Below are positions 34,193-43,951 of a stretch of 64,000 nucleotides of DNA, piece after piece. Where the stretch lies: contig CAVZVA010000002.1 in assembly GCA_963778655.1 (NCBI GenBank), positions 448,001 to 512,000 of the forward strand, given 5' to 3'. The notes below the pieces were generated by a model. It saw only the letters and a program-made list of their open reading frames with translations, was not told the DNA's origin and searched no databases. A program made the translations under genes and the position numbers. Each line of letters starts with the position of its first letter. Position 1 is the stretch's first letter. This DNA is from an uncultured delta proteobacterium (lineage in GTDB: Bacteria > Myxococcota_A > Polyangia > Polyangiales > JAFGIB01).

Positions 34193-35692
34193 ATGGCACC
34201 GCAGCGCCGGGCCGCGCTGGCGAGAGCTGCCGTGCTGGCGGGCCTGTGCGTCGGATCGGCGTGGCTCGCCGGCTGCTCGACCTCCGGCCAGGGCCCAGGC
34301 GGCGCGGGCGCCGGGCAGATCTCCTCCGGCACGGCGGCCGCCGGCACGGGTGGCGCCAACGCAGGCGCTGGGGGAACGCCGGGCGGGGCGGGAGCGGCGA
34401 GCGGCGGCGCCGCGGAGCCCGCGGGCGCGGCCGGCACGCTCGGCGGCGGGGCAACCGGAAGCGACGCGGGCGCGGCCGACGCGGGCGCAGCCGACGCGGG
34501 CGCGGCGGGATCAGGCGCGGCGGGCAGCGACGCCGGCTCGGCCTCGGGCGTCACGCTCAGCTGGGCCGAACCCGCTGACGGCACGAGCGTGAGCGGTACG
34601 GTTTCGCTGAAGCTGGTCGGGCAGGCGTTCAAGAACGTCGAGGTCTTCCGCGACGGCATGATGATCGTGCGCTGCACGGTCGCCGCGGACATGAAGAGCG
34701 CGAGCTGCGACCTCGATACCACCACGCTCGCCAACGGCGCGCTCACGCTCACCGCACACGGCTGGGACAGCGCCCCGGGCCAGCCATTCACCAGCGAAGC
34801 CGACGCGGGATCGCTTACGCTCACCGTGCAGAACGGCGGCGGGACCACGAATTCGGGCTCGGGTCCGCTGGTCGGGGTGTACTGCGGCAACTCCGTCTCC
34901 GATGTGCAGGCGTTCGAGAGCTGGCTGGGCCGACCCGTGGACGGCATCCTCGGCTACACCGGCAATGCGGACTGGAGCGATTACGACGGCTCGGTCGGCT
35001 GGGCAGTCGGGTTGTGGAGCGGCATCGACCGCCCCGTGTTCTGGTCTGTGCCGCTGATCCCGAGCGGCGCGAGCCTCGCGGAGGCCGCCAAGGGCAGCTA
35101 CAACGATCACTACCTCAAGGCGGCGATGACCCTGGCGAGCTTCCGCCCCCAGGACGGCAAGCTCAACATCCGCACCGGTTGGGAATTCAACGGCGACTGG
35201 TTTCCGTGGACGGCCCAGGGCGGCAAGGCCCAGGACTTCGTCGGTGCGTTCCGCCAGTTCGTCACGGTCTTCCGTTCGGTCTCCGACCGCTTCGTGTTCG
35301 AGTGGAACGTGAACATCGGCGACGACACCACGCTGCCGGAGGACGCCTACCCCGGCGACGACTACGTCGACGTGATCGGCATGGACTTCTACTGGAATAC
35401 GCAATGGGACCCCAAGGACCAGAACGACGCCTGGAGCTACATGGTCACGCGCAGCCACGGGCTGCAGTGGCATCAGGACTTCGCCGCCGCGCACGGCAAG
35501 CCCACCTCATACTCGGAATGGGGCATCAACTCCGACGGCCCGGCGTACATCGCGCAGGCCCAGGCCTGGTTCGATAGCCATCCCGTGCTGTTCCACAACT
35601 ACTGGAACTCCAATACCGCGTTCACGGGCAAGCTCTCCGACGGCCAGTACCCCAACGCCGGCGCGAAGTACAAAGAGGTGTTCGGGCCTTAG
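34193..35692 (+). CDS. Glycoside hydrolase family 26-like lipoprotein with Ig-like domain
   Basis: LAGC lipobox, DAG linker, Ig-like segment (PADGTSVSGTV...DTTTLANG), IRTGWEFNGDWFPW, YPGDDYVDVIGMDFY and YSEWG. Start is 34139 or 34193. Confidence 0.88.
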   Translation: MAPQRRAALARAAVLAGLCVGSAWLAGCSTSGQGPGGAGAGQISSGTAAAGTGGANAGAGGTPGGAGAASGGAAEPAGAAGTLGGGATGSDAGAADAGAADAGAAGSGAAGSDAGSASGVTLSWAEPADGTSVSGTVSLKLVGQAFKNVEVFRDGMMIVRCTVAADMKSASCDLDTTTLANGALTLTAHGWDSAPGQPFTSEADAGSLTLTVQNGGGTTNSGSGPLVGVYCGNSVSDVQAFESWLGRPVDGILGYTGNADWSDYDGSVGWAVGLWSGIDRPVFWSVPLIPSGASLAEAAKGSYNDHYLKAAMTLASFRPQDGKLNIRTGWEFNGDWFPWTAQGGKAQDFVGAFRQFVTVFRSVSDRFVFEWNVNIGDDTTLPEDAYPGDDYVDVIGMDFYWNTQWDPKDQNDAWSYMVTRSHGLQWHQDFAAAHGKPTSYSEWGINSDGPAYIAQAQAWFDSHPVLFHNYWNSNTAFTGKLSDGQYPNAGAKYKEVFGP

Positions 35693-35697
35693 GGTCC

Positions 35698-37578
35698 TCA
35701 GACGGCCGCCGGCGTGGTCCGCGGTGTCCCGCTTGCGGCCGGCGCCGGGCCCGACTCGCTCGGCGCGACCGGGGCCTGCGGGCCGCGTGGCGGCGCCGGC
35801 GCGAGCTGCACCACGCGCTCGGCCACCTCGCCCAGCGTCACCGTGCCGGAGCGCAGGAACACGGCGATCTCCGCCGCGTCCCAGCTCTCGGCGCCCCAGG
35901 CCGCAAGCGTGTCGTCGAGGGCCTTGCCGGCGCGCGCCTGAGCCTCGAGCTCGCGTAGCCGCTCGGGCTTGCGCAATGCCGCCTGCGCGGCGAGCGGCCA
36001 GCACTCCTTGAGCGCGGCCCAGCGGCCGAAGTGGCGCGGCCGCAGCGGCGGCCACTGATCCACGACGCCGCGCGCGTGGGCGGCGGCGGCCAGCACGCGC
36101 ACGCTGTTGAGGAAGCGCTTGAGGCTGCGAGGGTACGGCGCCAGATGATCCGCCACTTCGGCGTGCGCTTGCTGCAACAGATCTGCGTCATTCATCAGGC
36201 GCAGCAGCTGGCGCTCGCGGGCAATCGCCCGCCCCTGATCGGGCGGCAGGCCTGATTCGAGCGCGAGCACGCGCTCCACCTGCTCCAGGTCGGTGCCCTC
36301 CGCGAGCATGCGGTCGGCCTGCCCGCGCGCGCGCGCCAGGGCCAGACGCCGCCGCCTGGTACCCAGCAGCGGGACCCGCTGCAGGGCCCGCGCAAGCCGC
36401 GCGCGCAGGAGAGGCTTTGGCTGTTCCGCCTCGGCGGCTGCGGCCGGCGCACCCGCCAGGCGCGCGAGCAACGCCTCGATCTGCGGCAGCGTGTTGGGCG
36501 GCAAGTCGAACTGCAGCTGGACGATCTTGCGCACGTAGAGCCGGCCGTAGCCACCGGGCTGGCCCAGACCCTCGCTGGCGTCCCCCGAGACGTGCAGCTC
36601 GGCGAGCTCGCGGTACTTGATGTCGGCGCACGCGGCGACCGCCGGCATGTCGCCCATAATCACCACCACCACGCCGGGGTGATCGAGCAGCTGGGCCACC
36701 ACCTCGAGCAGCTCGATCGCGCGCGGCGGATGGCAACGCTCGAGGTCGTCGACGAACACCACGAAGCGGCGCGCGCCGCGACGCGCCTGCTGGATCAGCT
36801 GGCCGAGCTGCGCCCGCACCTGCGCGATCGAGCCGAAGCTGGCTGCGGCCTCTGGATCCTCGAGAAACGACGCCACCGACTCGGCGGCCGCGATCAGCTT
36901 GGGAACGCGTCCTACCACCACAGTCAGCAGCACGCTCAGGCCGCCCACTCCGAGCGCATCGCGGCCTGCGTTGGTCGCCACGCCCGACGCCTCGAACACG
37001 GTGCCGCTCAGCATCGCAGCCAGCACCTGCACCTCGTTCCAGCGCGCGACGGCCCACTGCCATCCGAGCATCAATCCTATGAAGAGCAGGCTGAACACAA
37101 CCAGCAGCGACAGCCAGAAGAACCAGCGCTCCGCGCGCGACCACAGCGCGCGCGGCAGCGGGCGCAGAATCCGCCGCAGCGGGTGGCGCGCGCGGTTGGC
37201 GACGCGCGCTACCTCTGCAGCAAACGCGCTCGAGAGGCTGGTGGCGTCGTCGTGCATCCAGGCGTTGAACCAGCACACCACGTGCGGGCGGATGTCGTCG
37301 GCCGCGGGCTTCTTGAGCAGCCGGCGCCGTAGCATGTGCGCGAGCGTGCTCTTGCCCGCGCCCCACGGGGCGTTGATCGCGAGCGTCAGCGGCGTGCCGG
37401 TGTCCGGGTTGTCGAGCAGGCCCGCCAGCGCGTCGGCATAAGGCGCGAAGGCCAGACCGTCGCCGGCCGCGCTGGACAGCGGCGCGTCGGAGAACGCCCG
37501 CAGCGCAGCGCGGGCGGACCCGTGGCCCGGCGTCCCCGCCCCCGCCGGGGTGTGCTGCGGCTCTCGGCCCTGGCTCAC
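35698..37578 (-). CDS. KAP family P-loop NTPase with two TM helices
   Basis: SDAP...DGLAFAPYA, TPLTLAINAPWGAGKST (Walker A), WFNAWMH, two TM helices, VVFVDDLERC (Walker B), KIVQLQFDLP and PRSLKRFLN. Confidence 0.92.
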   Translation of the reverse strand: MSQGREPQHTPAGAGTPGHGSARAALRAFSDAPLSSAAGDGLAFAPYADALAGLLDNPDTGTPLTLAINAPWGAGKSTLAHMLRRRLLKKPAADDIRPHVVCWFNAWMHDDATSLSSAFAAEVARVANRARHPLRRILRPLPRALWSRAERWFFWLSLLVVFSLLFIGLMLGWQWAVARWNEVQVLAAMLSGTVFEASGVATNAGRDALGVGGLSVLLTVVVGRVPKLIAAAESVASFLEDPEAAASFGSIAQVRAQLGQLIQQARRGARRFVVFVDDLERCHPPRAIELLEVVAQLLDHPGVVVVIMGDMPAVAACADIKYRELAELHVSGDASEGLGQPGGYGRLYVRKIVQLQFDLPPNTLPQIEALLARLAGAPAAAAEAEQPKPLLRARLARALQRVPLLGTRRRRLALARARGQADRMLAEGTDLEQVERVLALESGLPPDQGRAIARERQLLRLMNDADLLQQAHAEVADHLAPYPRSLKRFLNSVRVLAAAAHARGVVDQWPPLRPRHFGRWAALKECWPLAAQAALRKPERLRELEAQARAGKALDDTLAAWGAESWDAAEIAVFLRSGTVTLGEVAERVVQLAPAPPRGPQAPVAPSESGPAPAASGTPRTTPAAV

Positions 37579-37645
37579 TGCGGCAGGATATCAGAAGCCC
37601 GGCCCGGGGTTGCGTGAAGTCGGTCACTGCGCCTACCGTCCGGGC

Positions 37646-38638
37646 ATGCGCAAGCTCAGCATCGCCGTCGCCTGGACCGGGGACAACCTCGAGGACGTGA
37701 TCCGCGAGGCCAAGCTCGCCGACGAGCTCGGCGTGGACACGCTGCTGGTGGCCGAGACCTGGGGTTACGACGCGTTCACTTTGCTGGCGGTGCTCGCGCG
37801 CGAGACGCGCCGGATCAAGCTCGGCACCTCGATCGTCAACATCTACTCGCGCAGCCCCGGCGCGCTCGCCCAACATTTCGCCTCGCTCGACCGGCTCTCG
37901 GGCGGGCGCATGCTGATCGGGCTCGGCACCTCGGGCCCGAACGTGATCGAGCACTTTCACGGCGTGCCGTTCGACAAGCCGTTCACGCGCATGCGCGAGT
38001 ACGTCGAGATCATCGACATGCTCATGCGCGAGCAGAAGCTGGTCTACGACGGCCGGGTCTACAAGCTCGCGCGCGGCTTCACGCTGCGCATGAAGCCGCT
38101 GCGGCCGCACATTCCGATCTGGATCGCCTCGATCACGCCCAAATCGGTCAAGCAGACGGCCGCGATCGCGGATGGCTGGCTGCCGATCTTCCTGCCCAAG
38201 TCGCGCTGGAAGCAGCAGCTCGACGCGTTCCGGCAGGACGTGCTCGACGCGGGGCGCAAGCCGGAGCAGGTGCTGGTGCGCTGCCCCTACAACGTCGCGG
38301 TCACCGACCGGCCCGAGCGCGCGGCCGCGGCGCGGCGGGGCGGGGCGACGTTCTACATCGCTCGCATGGGCGACTTCTACTACCAGCACTTCGTGCGCAT
38401 GGGTTACCAGGCGGAGGCCGACGCGGTGCGCGCGGCGTGGGCCAAGGGCGGCTCGGCCGCCGGAACCGCGGCGCTGCCTGACGCACTGGTCGACGAGCTG
38501 GGCATGGCGGGCGGGGTGGAGGCGTGCTGCGACGCGCTCGACGAGGCGGCAGAAGCCGGCTTCTCGCTGTTGTCGGTGAGCGTGGCGGAGCGCGATCCCG
38601 ACAAGCGCGCGGCGATATACCGCCGGCTGGTGGGCTGA
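37646..38638 (+). CDS. Luciferase-like (LLM) flavin/F420-dependent oxidoreductase
   Basis: AETWGYDAF, TRRIKLGTSI, LDRLSGGR...GLGTSGP, IPIWIA and IADGW. Confidence 0.9.
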   Translation: MRKLSIAVAWTGDNLEDVIREAKLADELGVDTLLVAETWGYDAFTLLAVLARETRRIKLGTSIVNIYSRSPGALAQHFASLDRLSGGRMLIGLGTSGPNVIEHFHGVPFDKPFTRMREYVEIIDMLMREQKLVYDGRVYKLARGFTLRMKPLRPHIPIWIASITPKSVKQTAAIADGWLPIFLPKSRWKQQLDAFRQDVLDAGRKPEQVLVRCPYNVAVTDRPERAAAARRGGATFYIARMGDFYYQHFVRMGYQAEADAVRAAWAKGGSAAGTAALPDALVDELGMAGGVEACCDALDEAAEAGFSLLSVSVAERDPDKRAAIYRRLVG

Positions 38639-38730
38639 CGGATCAGGCAGGTAGTTGGGGGCGGGGGCGCCGCGCGGGCGACCACGGCCGCGACTGTGGG
38701 GCGCGTTGTGCTGGTGGGCCCGGTCGCTTT

Positions 38731-39963
38731 ATGCTGGGTGCGATGGGGCTCGATCGCGTGATCTCGTCGGTCGCGTGCGCAGGGCTGCTCGCGGTTGCGT
38801 GTAGCAGCGGCGGGCATGGCGGAGGCGCCGGGGATGCGGGCGCGGCAGAGAGCTCGAATCGGGGCGGAGGTGCGACCGCGGGCGGGGGACGAGGCGGCTC
38901 CGATGCCGCGGCGCCGGACGGCAAGGCCAGCGACGCGGGCGGCGGCGCGCGCGACGGCGGGGGTGCGCGCGACGCCAGCGCGCCGGGTGACGGCGGAGGC
39001 GGGACCCGCGGCGACGCGGGCGGCGGCGCCGGGGATGCCGGCACCGGCGACGCCAGCGGCGGCACGCTCGCCGGCAAACATCCGGGCGATATGGGGCTCG
39101 GCGGCGACCCGGCGGTGGTGTGGTTCGAGGACTTCGAAGAAGGCTCGCTGTCCGCGATCGCCGCGCGCTACGATCAGGTGCGCGACCAAGGCCGCTGGCA
39201 GCTGGTGAGCGACACGCCGAGCGGCGGCGGCTCGGCGCTGGCGCTGCGCGCCGGTCGGGGCCAGGACGCGGTCGACCTCTACAAGCAGCTTCCCGACGCG
39301 GACGAGTGGTACGTGCGCTGGTACGCCAAGTACGAGGCCGGCGTGCCCTGGCACCACTCCGGCATGTGGTTCGGCGGCTACAACCCGGCGATGCCGTGGC
39401 CAAGCCCGATGGCGGGCAACCGCCCCAACGGCGACGATCGGTTCTCGATCGCGCTCGAGCCCGTGTACGGCGTGGGCGGCGCGAACCCACGCTTCGACTT
39501 CTACGACTACTGGATGTCCATGCACTCGTGGATGGCCGACCCGATTATGGACGACGGCACCGCGTACTACGGCAACGGCCTGGTCCACCGCAACGACTTC
39601 ACCGTCGACTCGGGCAGCTGGGTCTGCCTCGAGGTCCACGCGCGCCTGAACGCGGGCGGCTCGAGCGCCGCGGGCGCGCTGCTCGAGGTGTGGAAGAACG
39701 ACGCGTTGATGCAGAGCTTCGGCGACGCCGGCCCCATGGGTTACTGGATCCGCGACAAGTTCTGCCCCCAGGGCGCGGACGGCTCGGAGTGCACCGACTA
39801 TCCGGCGCCGGCCACCGAGATCCTGGACCTGCAGCAGCGCAGCACCACCGATCTGCGCCTCAACGCCTTCTGGCCGCAGAACTACATCACCGACGACGCC
39901 ATGGGCACGCTCGCGTTCGACCAGATGGTGGTGGCGACCGCGCGCGTGGGCTGCATGCGCTGA
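38731..39963 (+). CDS. Lipoprotein with DAG-rich linker and beta-sandwich (polysaccharide lyase-like) domain
   Basis: LAVAC lipobox, long DAG/DGG linker, WFEDFE, YVRWYAKY, WVCLEV and FDQMVVA. Confidence 0.65.
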   Translation: MLGAMGLDRVISSVACAGLLAVACSSGGHGGGAGDAGAAESSNRGGGATAGGGRGGSDAAAPDGKASDAGGGARDGGGARDASAPGDGGGGTRGDAGGGAGDAGTGDASGGTLAGKHPGDMGLGGDPAVVWFEDFEEGSLSAIAARYDQVRDQGRWQLVSDTPSGGGSALALRAGRGQDAVDLYKQLPDADEWYVRWYAKYEAGVPWHHSGMWFGGYNPAMPWPSPMAGNRPNGDDRFSIALEPVYGVGGANPRFDFYDYWMSMHSWMADPIMDDGTAYYGNGLVHRNDFTVDSGSWVCLEVHARLNAGGSSAAGALLEVWKNDALMQSFGDAGPMGYWIRDKFCPQGADGSECTDYPAPATEILDLQQRSTTDLRLNAFWPQNYITDDAMGTLAFDQMVVATARVGCMR

Positions 39964-40054
39964 TCACAGCTGTGCACCGCCGCGCGGCGGCCGGGTTCAC
40001 GTTTGTGGTGGCTCTTGCCACGCACGCTCGCCGCCGCGTACAGTGGGCAGGCTC

Positions 40055-40471
40055 ATGTCCAGCCACCTCCATCCCGAACGAGCCGCCCTCGAAGCCCTGG
40101 TCAAGCTTCCCGACGGCGAGCCCGTGGTGATGCTCAACCTGCTGCGCTTCCGCGATCGGGCAGCTTACCCCGAAGGCAGCGGCCACGTGCCCTGCAGCGG
40201 ACGCGAGGCCTACGCGCGCTACGGCGCCAAGGCCCTCGACCATGTGCACGCGGTCGGAGGCCAGGCGATCTGGATGGGCGAGCCCCAGCTCACCGTGATC
40301 GGCCCGAGCGACGAAGCCTGGGACGAGGTGGTGCTGGTCCAGTACCCCTCGCGCAAGGCCTTTCTGCAGATGGCCTCGAACCCGGACTACCTCGCCTGCA
40401 CCGTGCACCGCACCGCCGCGCTCGCCGACTCCCGCCTGATCGCCATGCGCGCCACGCAGCGCCAGCGCTGA
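40055..40471 (+). CDS. DUF1330-like protein
   Basis: PVVMLNLLRFR, SGREAYARY, WDEVVLVQYPSR.AF and HRTAALADSRL. Confidence 0.85.
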   Translation: MSSHLHPERAALEALVKLPDGEPVVMLNLLRFRDRAAYPEGSGHVPCSGREAYARYGAKALDHVHAVGGQAIWMGEPQLTVIGPSDEAWDEVVLVQYPSRKAFLQMASNPDYLACTVHRTAALADSRLIAMRATQRQR

Positions 40472-40475
40472 GGGC

Positions 40476-41246
40476 TCAGACCGTGGTGGCGATGCCGCCG
40501 TCGACCGGGATGCATGCGCCGGTCACGTAGGCGCCGGCACGCGAGGCGAGGTACAGCGCCACGCCCGCCATGTCCTCGGGCTCGCCGATGCGGCCGCGCG
40601 GGCAGGACTGGCGGATGACGTCGCCGAAGCTGCGCAGGGTCTCGGCCATCATCTTGCTCTCGAAGGGCCCCGGCGCCACGGCGTTGACGGTGATGTGCTG
40701 CGGCGCGAGCTGGCGCGCGAGCACGCGCGTCAGGTGGATCAAACCCGCTTTGCTCGAGGAGTAGGCGTAGGTCTCGAGCCCCGGCACGTGCAGTCCGTCG
40801 ATCGACGCGATGTTGATCACGCGCGCCGGGTCGGCGTGCGTGCCCGCGGCCGCGAGCAGCGGCAGCAGCGTGCGCGTGAGGAAGAACGGTGCCTTCAGGT
40901 TGACGCTCTGCACCTTGTCCCAGCCCGCTTCCGGGTAGACCGCGAGCGGCTCGGCCCAGTTCGCGCCCGCGTTGTTGACCAGGATGTCCAGCTTGGGCTC
41001 GCGCTCCCGCAACGCGGCTGCCAGCGTCTCGATGCCCTTTAGGCTGGAGACGTCTGCGGGCAGCGACACGCAGCTGCCGAGCTTGGAGAGCTCGGCCGCG
41101 GCCCGGTCGCAGTCCTCGGCCTTGCGCGCCGAGATGTAGGTCTTGCAGCCGTTCTCGACGTATCCACGCGCGATCATCATGCCGATTCCGCGGCTGCCGC
41201 CGGTGACCAACGCGACCTTGCCCTCGACCGAAAACAGGTTCTTCAT
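40476..41246 (-). CDS. Short-chain dehydrogenase/reductase
   Basis: TGGSRGIG, NNAG, YSSSK, VNAVAPG and VDGG. Confidence 0.95.
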   Translation of the reverse strand: MKNLFSVEGKVALVTGGSRGIGMMIARGYVENGCKTYISARKAEDCDRAAAELSKLGSCVSLPADVSSLKGIETLAAALREREPKLDILVNNAGANWAEPLAVYPEAGWDKVQSVNLKAPFFLTRTLLPLLAAAGTHADPARVINIASIDGLHVPGLETYAYSSSKAGLIHLTRVLARQLAPQHITVNAVAPGPFESKMMAETLRSFGDVIRQSCPRGRIGEPEDMAGVALYLASRAGAYVTGACIPVDGGIATTV

Positions 41247-41303
41247 TTCGCTCCGCTTGCTGTAAGAGATTTTCGCATCACGTGTCGTTTCTGGAACGGC
41301 AGC

Positions 41304-42149
41304 TCAAGTCGTGTGCGCGCCCATCAGGCGGTCGGCAAATGAAACCGCGCCCGAGCTGGCGCGCGCGTGCTTCTTGACCTCGGCGCCCACGCGCCGCATC
41401 CACGCCTGCTCGTCCTCGCTGAGCGGACCGCGGTCGAGCGCCAAAAGCGCCTCGTCGAGCTCGGCGCGATCCTTGGGGCCCGCGATGCACACCTGCACGC
41501 TTGGGTTGCTGAGCGCGAAGCGATAGCAGTCCGAAGCGCGCGGCGTCGGCTCGCCCGGCGGGGTGAGCGACGGGTCGATCAGGTCGCCCCAACGCGTGGC
41601 GGTATAGGCCACCACGCCCGGGGGTTGGTCGCCCAGACGCGGAAACACCTCCTGCTCGGCGCCGGGATGAGCCGCGTTGTAGCGCACCATGATCGCGCTC
41701 AGGTCCTCGTCCTTGGCGTAGTGCTCGAACGCCAGCCGGTTGTGGCACGAGATCATGATGTGGCGACAGCGGCCCTGCTCGCGCAGGCGGCGCGCCGCGT
41801 CCATAATCCGCTCGGGCGGGTGCTCGTTCCACCAGCCGAGCAACAGGAAGTCCGCGTAGTCGATCTCGAGCGCGCGCAGCGCGGAGCTCAGCGATGCGCC
41901 CATCAGCGCGGCCATACGCGTGTAGCTCTGCACCACGATCACCATCTGATCGCGGTGCTGGCGCGCGAGCCCGCGCACCCCCTGGCCGAAGTCGCGCTTG
42001 CGCATCGAGCCCCAATAGAAGTAGTTGATGCCGCGCTCGAACGCGTGCTCCAGATCCGCGCCGCCGACGCCGAAGCTCGAGCCGAGCCCGAGCGGGCTCG
42101 AGCGCAGCTGGGTGCGGAGGATGGGAACCTTGTTCCAGTCGCAAGCCAT
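41304..42149 (-). CDS. Aldo/keto reductase-like protein (divergent)
   Basis: SPLGLG, RGINYF, LRALEIDYAD, LREQGRCRHI and RFALSNP.V. The usual DTA..Y catalytic segment is not recognisable. Confidence 0.75.
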   Translation of the reverse strand: MACDWNKVPILRTQLRSSPLGLGSSFGVGGADLEHAFERGINYFYWGSMRKRDFGQGVRGLARQHRDQMVIVVQSYTRMAALMGASLSSALRALEIDYADFLLLGWWNEHPPERIMDAARRLREQGRCRHIMISCHNRLAFEHYAKDEDLSAIMVRYNAAHPGAEQEVFPRLGDQPPGVVAYTATRWGDLIDPSLTPPGEPTPRASDCYRFALSNPSVQVCIAGPKDRAELDEALLALDRGPLSEDEQAWMRRVGAEVKKHARASSGAVSFADRLMGAHTT

Positions 42150-42245
42150 GCGGCCGCCAGAGCATAGTCCAAAGGCCCGCGGAGTCACGCCTGGGCCACC
42201 CGCTGCGTGCTGGCGCGCCCACCAGCGTTCGGCTAGCTTGTGGCC

Positions 42246-42860
42246 ATGTTCACGGGCATCACGCGCGGCACGTTTCCGGTAACGCGCGTCGAGCGCAAGC
42301 CGGACCTGCTGCGTTTCGCGGTGAGCCTGCCTGGCGCGTTGCTCGAGGGCCTGCAGCTGGGCGCGAGCGTGGCGATCGAAGGCGTGTGCCAGACCGTGGT
42401 CGCGATCGACGGCCACGAGGTGCTGTTCGAGGCGATCCGCGAGACGCTCGACAAGACCACGCTGGGTGAGCTCGCCAAGGGCGGGCTGGTGAGCGTGGAG
42501 CGCAGCTACCGCATCGGCGACGAGCTCGGCGGCCACGAGGTGGCCGGCCACGTGACCGGCATGGGCCTGCTCGACGCGGTGCGGCGCGAGGGCGACGTGT
42601 GCGACCTACGCATCGCCGTGCCCAAGAGCTGGATGCGCTACATCCTACCCAAGGGCTTCATCGCCGTGGACGGCTCGAGCCTGACCGTGGGCGAGACCGA
42701 CCCCGAGGGCGCGTTCTTCGTGCACCTCATCCCGGAGACGCTGCGGCTGACCAATCTGGGGCGCAAGCGCCAGGGCGATCGCGTCAACATCGAGCTCGAC
42801 GCGCGCACCGTCGCGATCGTCGACACAGTCGAGCGCGTGCTCGCACAGCGCGGGCATTAG
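42246..42860 (+). CDS. ribE: Riboflavin synthase (alpha chain)
   Basis: MFTGI start, GASVAIEGVCQTV, GGHEVAGHV, KGFIAVDGSSLTV, LIPETL and VNIELD. Confidence 0.95.
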   Translation: MFTGITRGTFPVTRVERKPDLLRFAVSLPGALLEGLQLGASVAIEGVCQTVVAIDGHEVLFEAIRETLDKTTLGELAKGGLVSVERSYRIGDELGGHEVAGHVTGMGLLDAVRREGDVCDLRIAVPKSWMRYILPKGFIAVDGSSLTVGETDPEGAFFVHLIPETLRLTNLGRKRQGDRVNIELDARTVAIVDTVERVLAQRGH

Positions 42861-42864
42861 ACGC

Positions 42865-42940
42865 AACAGGATTCCGGAAGGATCTGGAAGCCGGGAAGTT
42901 CGGAGGCAGATGCGTTCTGCCCTTCCCGTCTTGCCGTGAA
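42865..42940. repeat. Dispersed repeat family A, degenerate inverted pair
   Basis: AACAGG...GGAAGCCGGGAAG ... CTTCCCGTCTTGCCGTG between convergent genes. Confidence 0.6.
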
Positions 42941-42966
42941 GCGCCGAGCCGACGCGCCGCGCGCGC

Positions 42967-43818
42967 TTACTTGGATTTGATCGCAAACGCGATCGGCTTG
43001 CCTTCGAAGGCCGCCTCGACCTGGGGCATGACGTGGATGTCGGGCTTCTTGACCTGCTCGCGCAGGCTCTCGATCGTGTTGCGCGCCCAGCCCTGTTGAA
43101 AGAGGTTGACGAGCCACTTGGGCACCGATCCCCTGGGGTCGCCGTGCATCTGCGCGATCACGAAGGTCCTCCGCCCGCCGTCCATCGCCTTGAGCTTCCA
43201 GTAGCCGCGTAGCTCGCCGCGGATGTAGTGCGTCGGCGGCAGCGCCGGATCAGTCGTGGGCTCGATCGTCATCACCAGGCTCTGCTGCTCGAGATCGAGC
43301 GCGAGCTTGCCGTGACAGACAAAGTCGCGGTCCTTCATGATGATGGGAGGCGTGCCGACGTGATCGTACTCGATGAACTCGAGCGGTCCGAGCATGCGGA
43401 CCACGCGCACTTCTTCCAGGCTATCGATCCATTCGGTCGCGCGCGTGTAGTCGAGCAACACGCTGGCGACACGCACGATCGGAGCCTCGACGATGCCCTC
43501 GCCAAGCAGGTCGATGATCTCGCTGCCGTGCACGTCTCGCTTGAAGGTGATGATACCGTGCCCGCTGCTGGTCTCGGTCCAAGGGCTCGGTTGCGCCCCC
43601 GGCTTGCCACGGCCGCGTTCGGACACGCGCTGCCCCTTGGGCGCGGCGATCTTCGGCTCCCGGGCGCCCGGCGCCCGCCGCGCGGGGCCTGCCGCCCTGC
43701 CCGCCGTCGACGCCTGCGGCGCTGCCGGTGTGCCGACCGGGGGGGCGGCATCCACACGCCATGCGACGGCCATGACCGACCACGCTACGAGCGACCAGAG
43801 TCGCGATGGTGCCGTCAT
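42967..43818 (-). CDS. START-domain (lipid-binding) exported protein
   Basis: Signal peptide, VLLDY...EW, DRDFV, GYWKL and DPRGSVPKWLVN. Confidence 0.8.
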   Translation of the reverse strand: MTAPSRLWSLVAWSVMAVAWRVDAAPPVGTPAAPQASTAGRAAGPARRAPGAREPKIAAPKGQRVSERGRGKPGAQPSPWTETSSGHGIITFKRDVHGSEIIDLLGEGIVEAPIVRVASVLLDYTRATEWIDSLEEVRVVRMLGPLEFIEYDHVGTPPIIMKDRDFVCHGKLALDLEQQSLVMTIEPTTDPALPPTHYIRGELRGYWKLKAMDGGRRTFVIAQMHGDPRGSVPKWLVNLFQQGWARNTIESLREQVKKPDIHVMPQVEAAFEGKPIAFAIKSK

Positions 43819-43951
43819 GAAGTCCCCTCGATCGCCGGACGGGTGCAGAAAAACACGGGGCCCAGACGGGTGTCAAGGCGCGCGCGCGGCATGATGCCGC
43901 TTCGGTCTGGGTGTGCTCCAGGCGGGGTCGGCGCGGGCATCGCCCTCGGCC

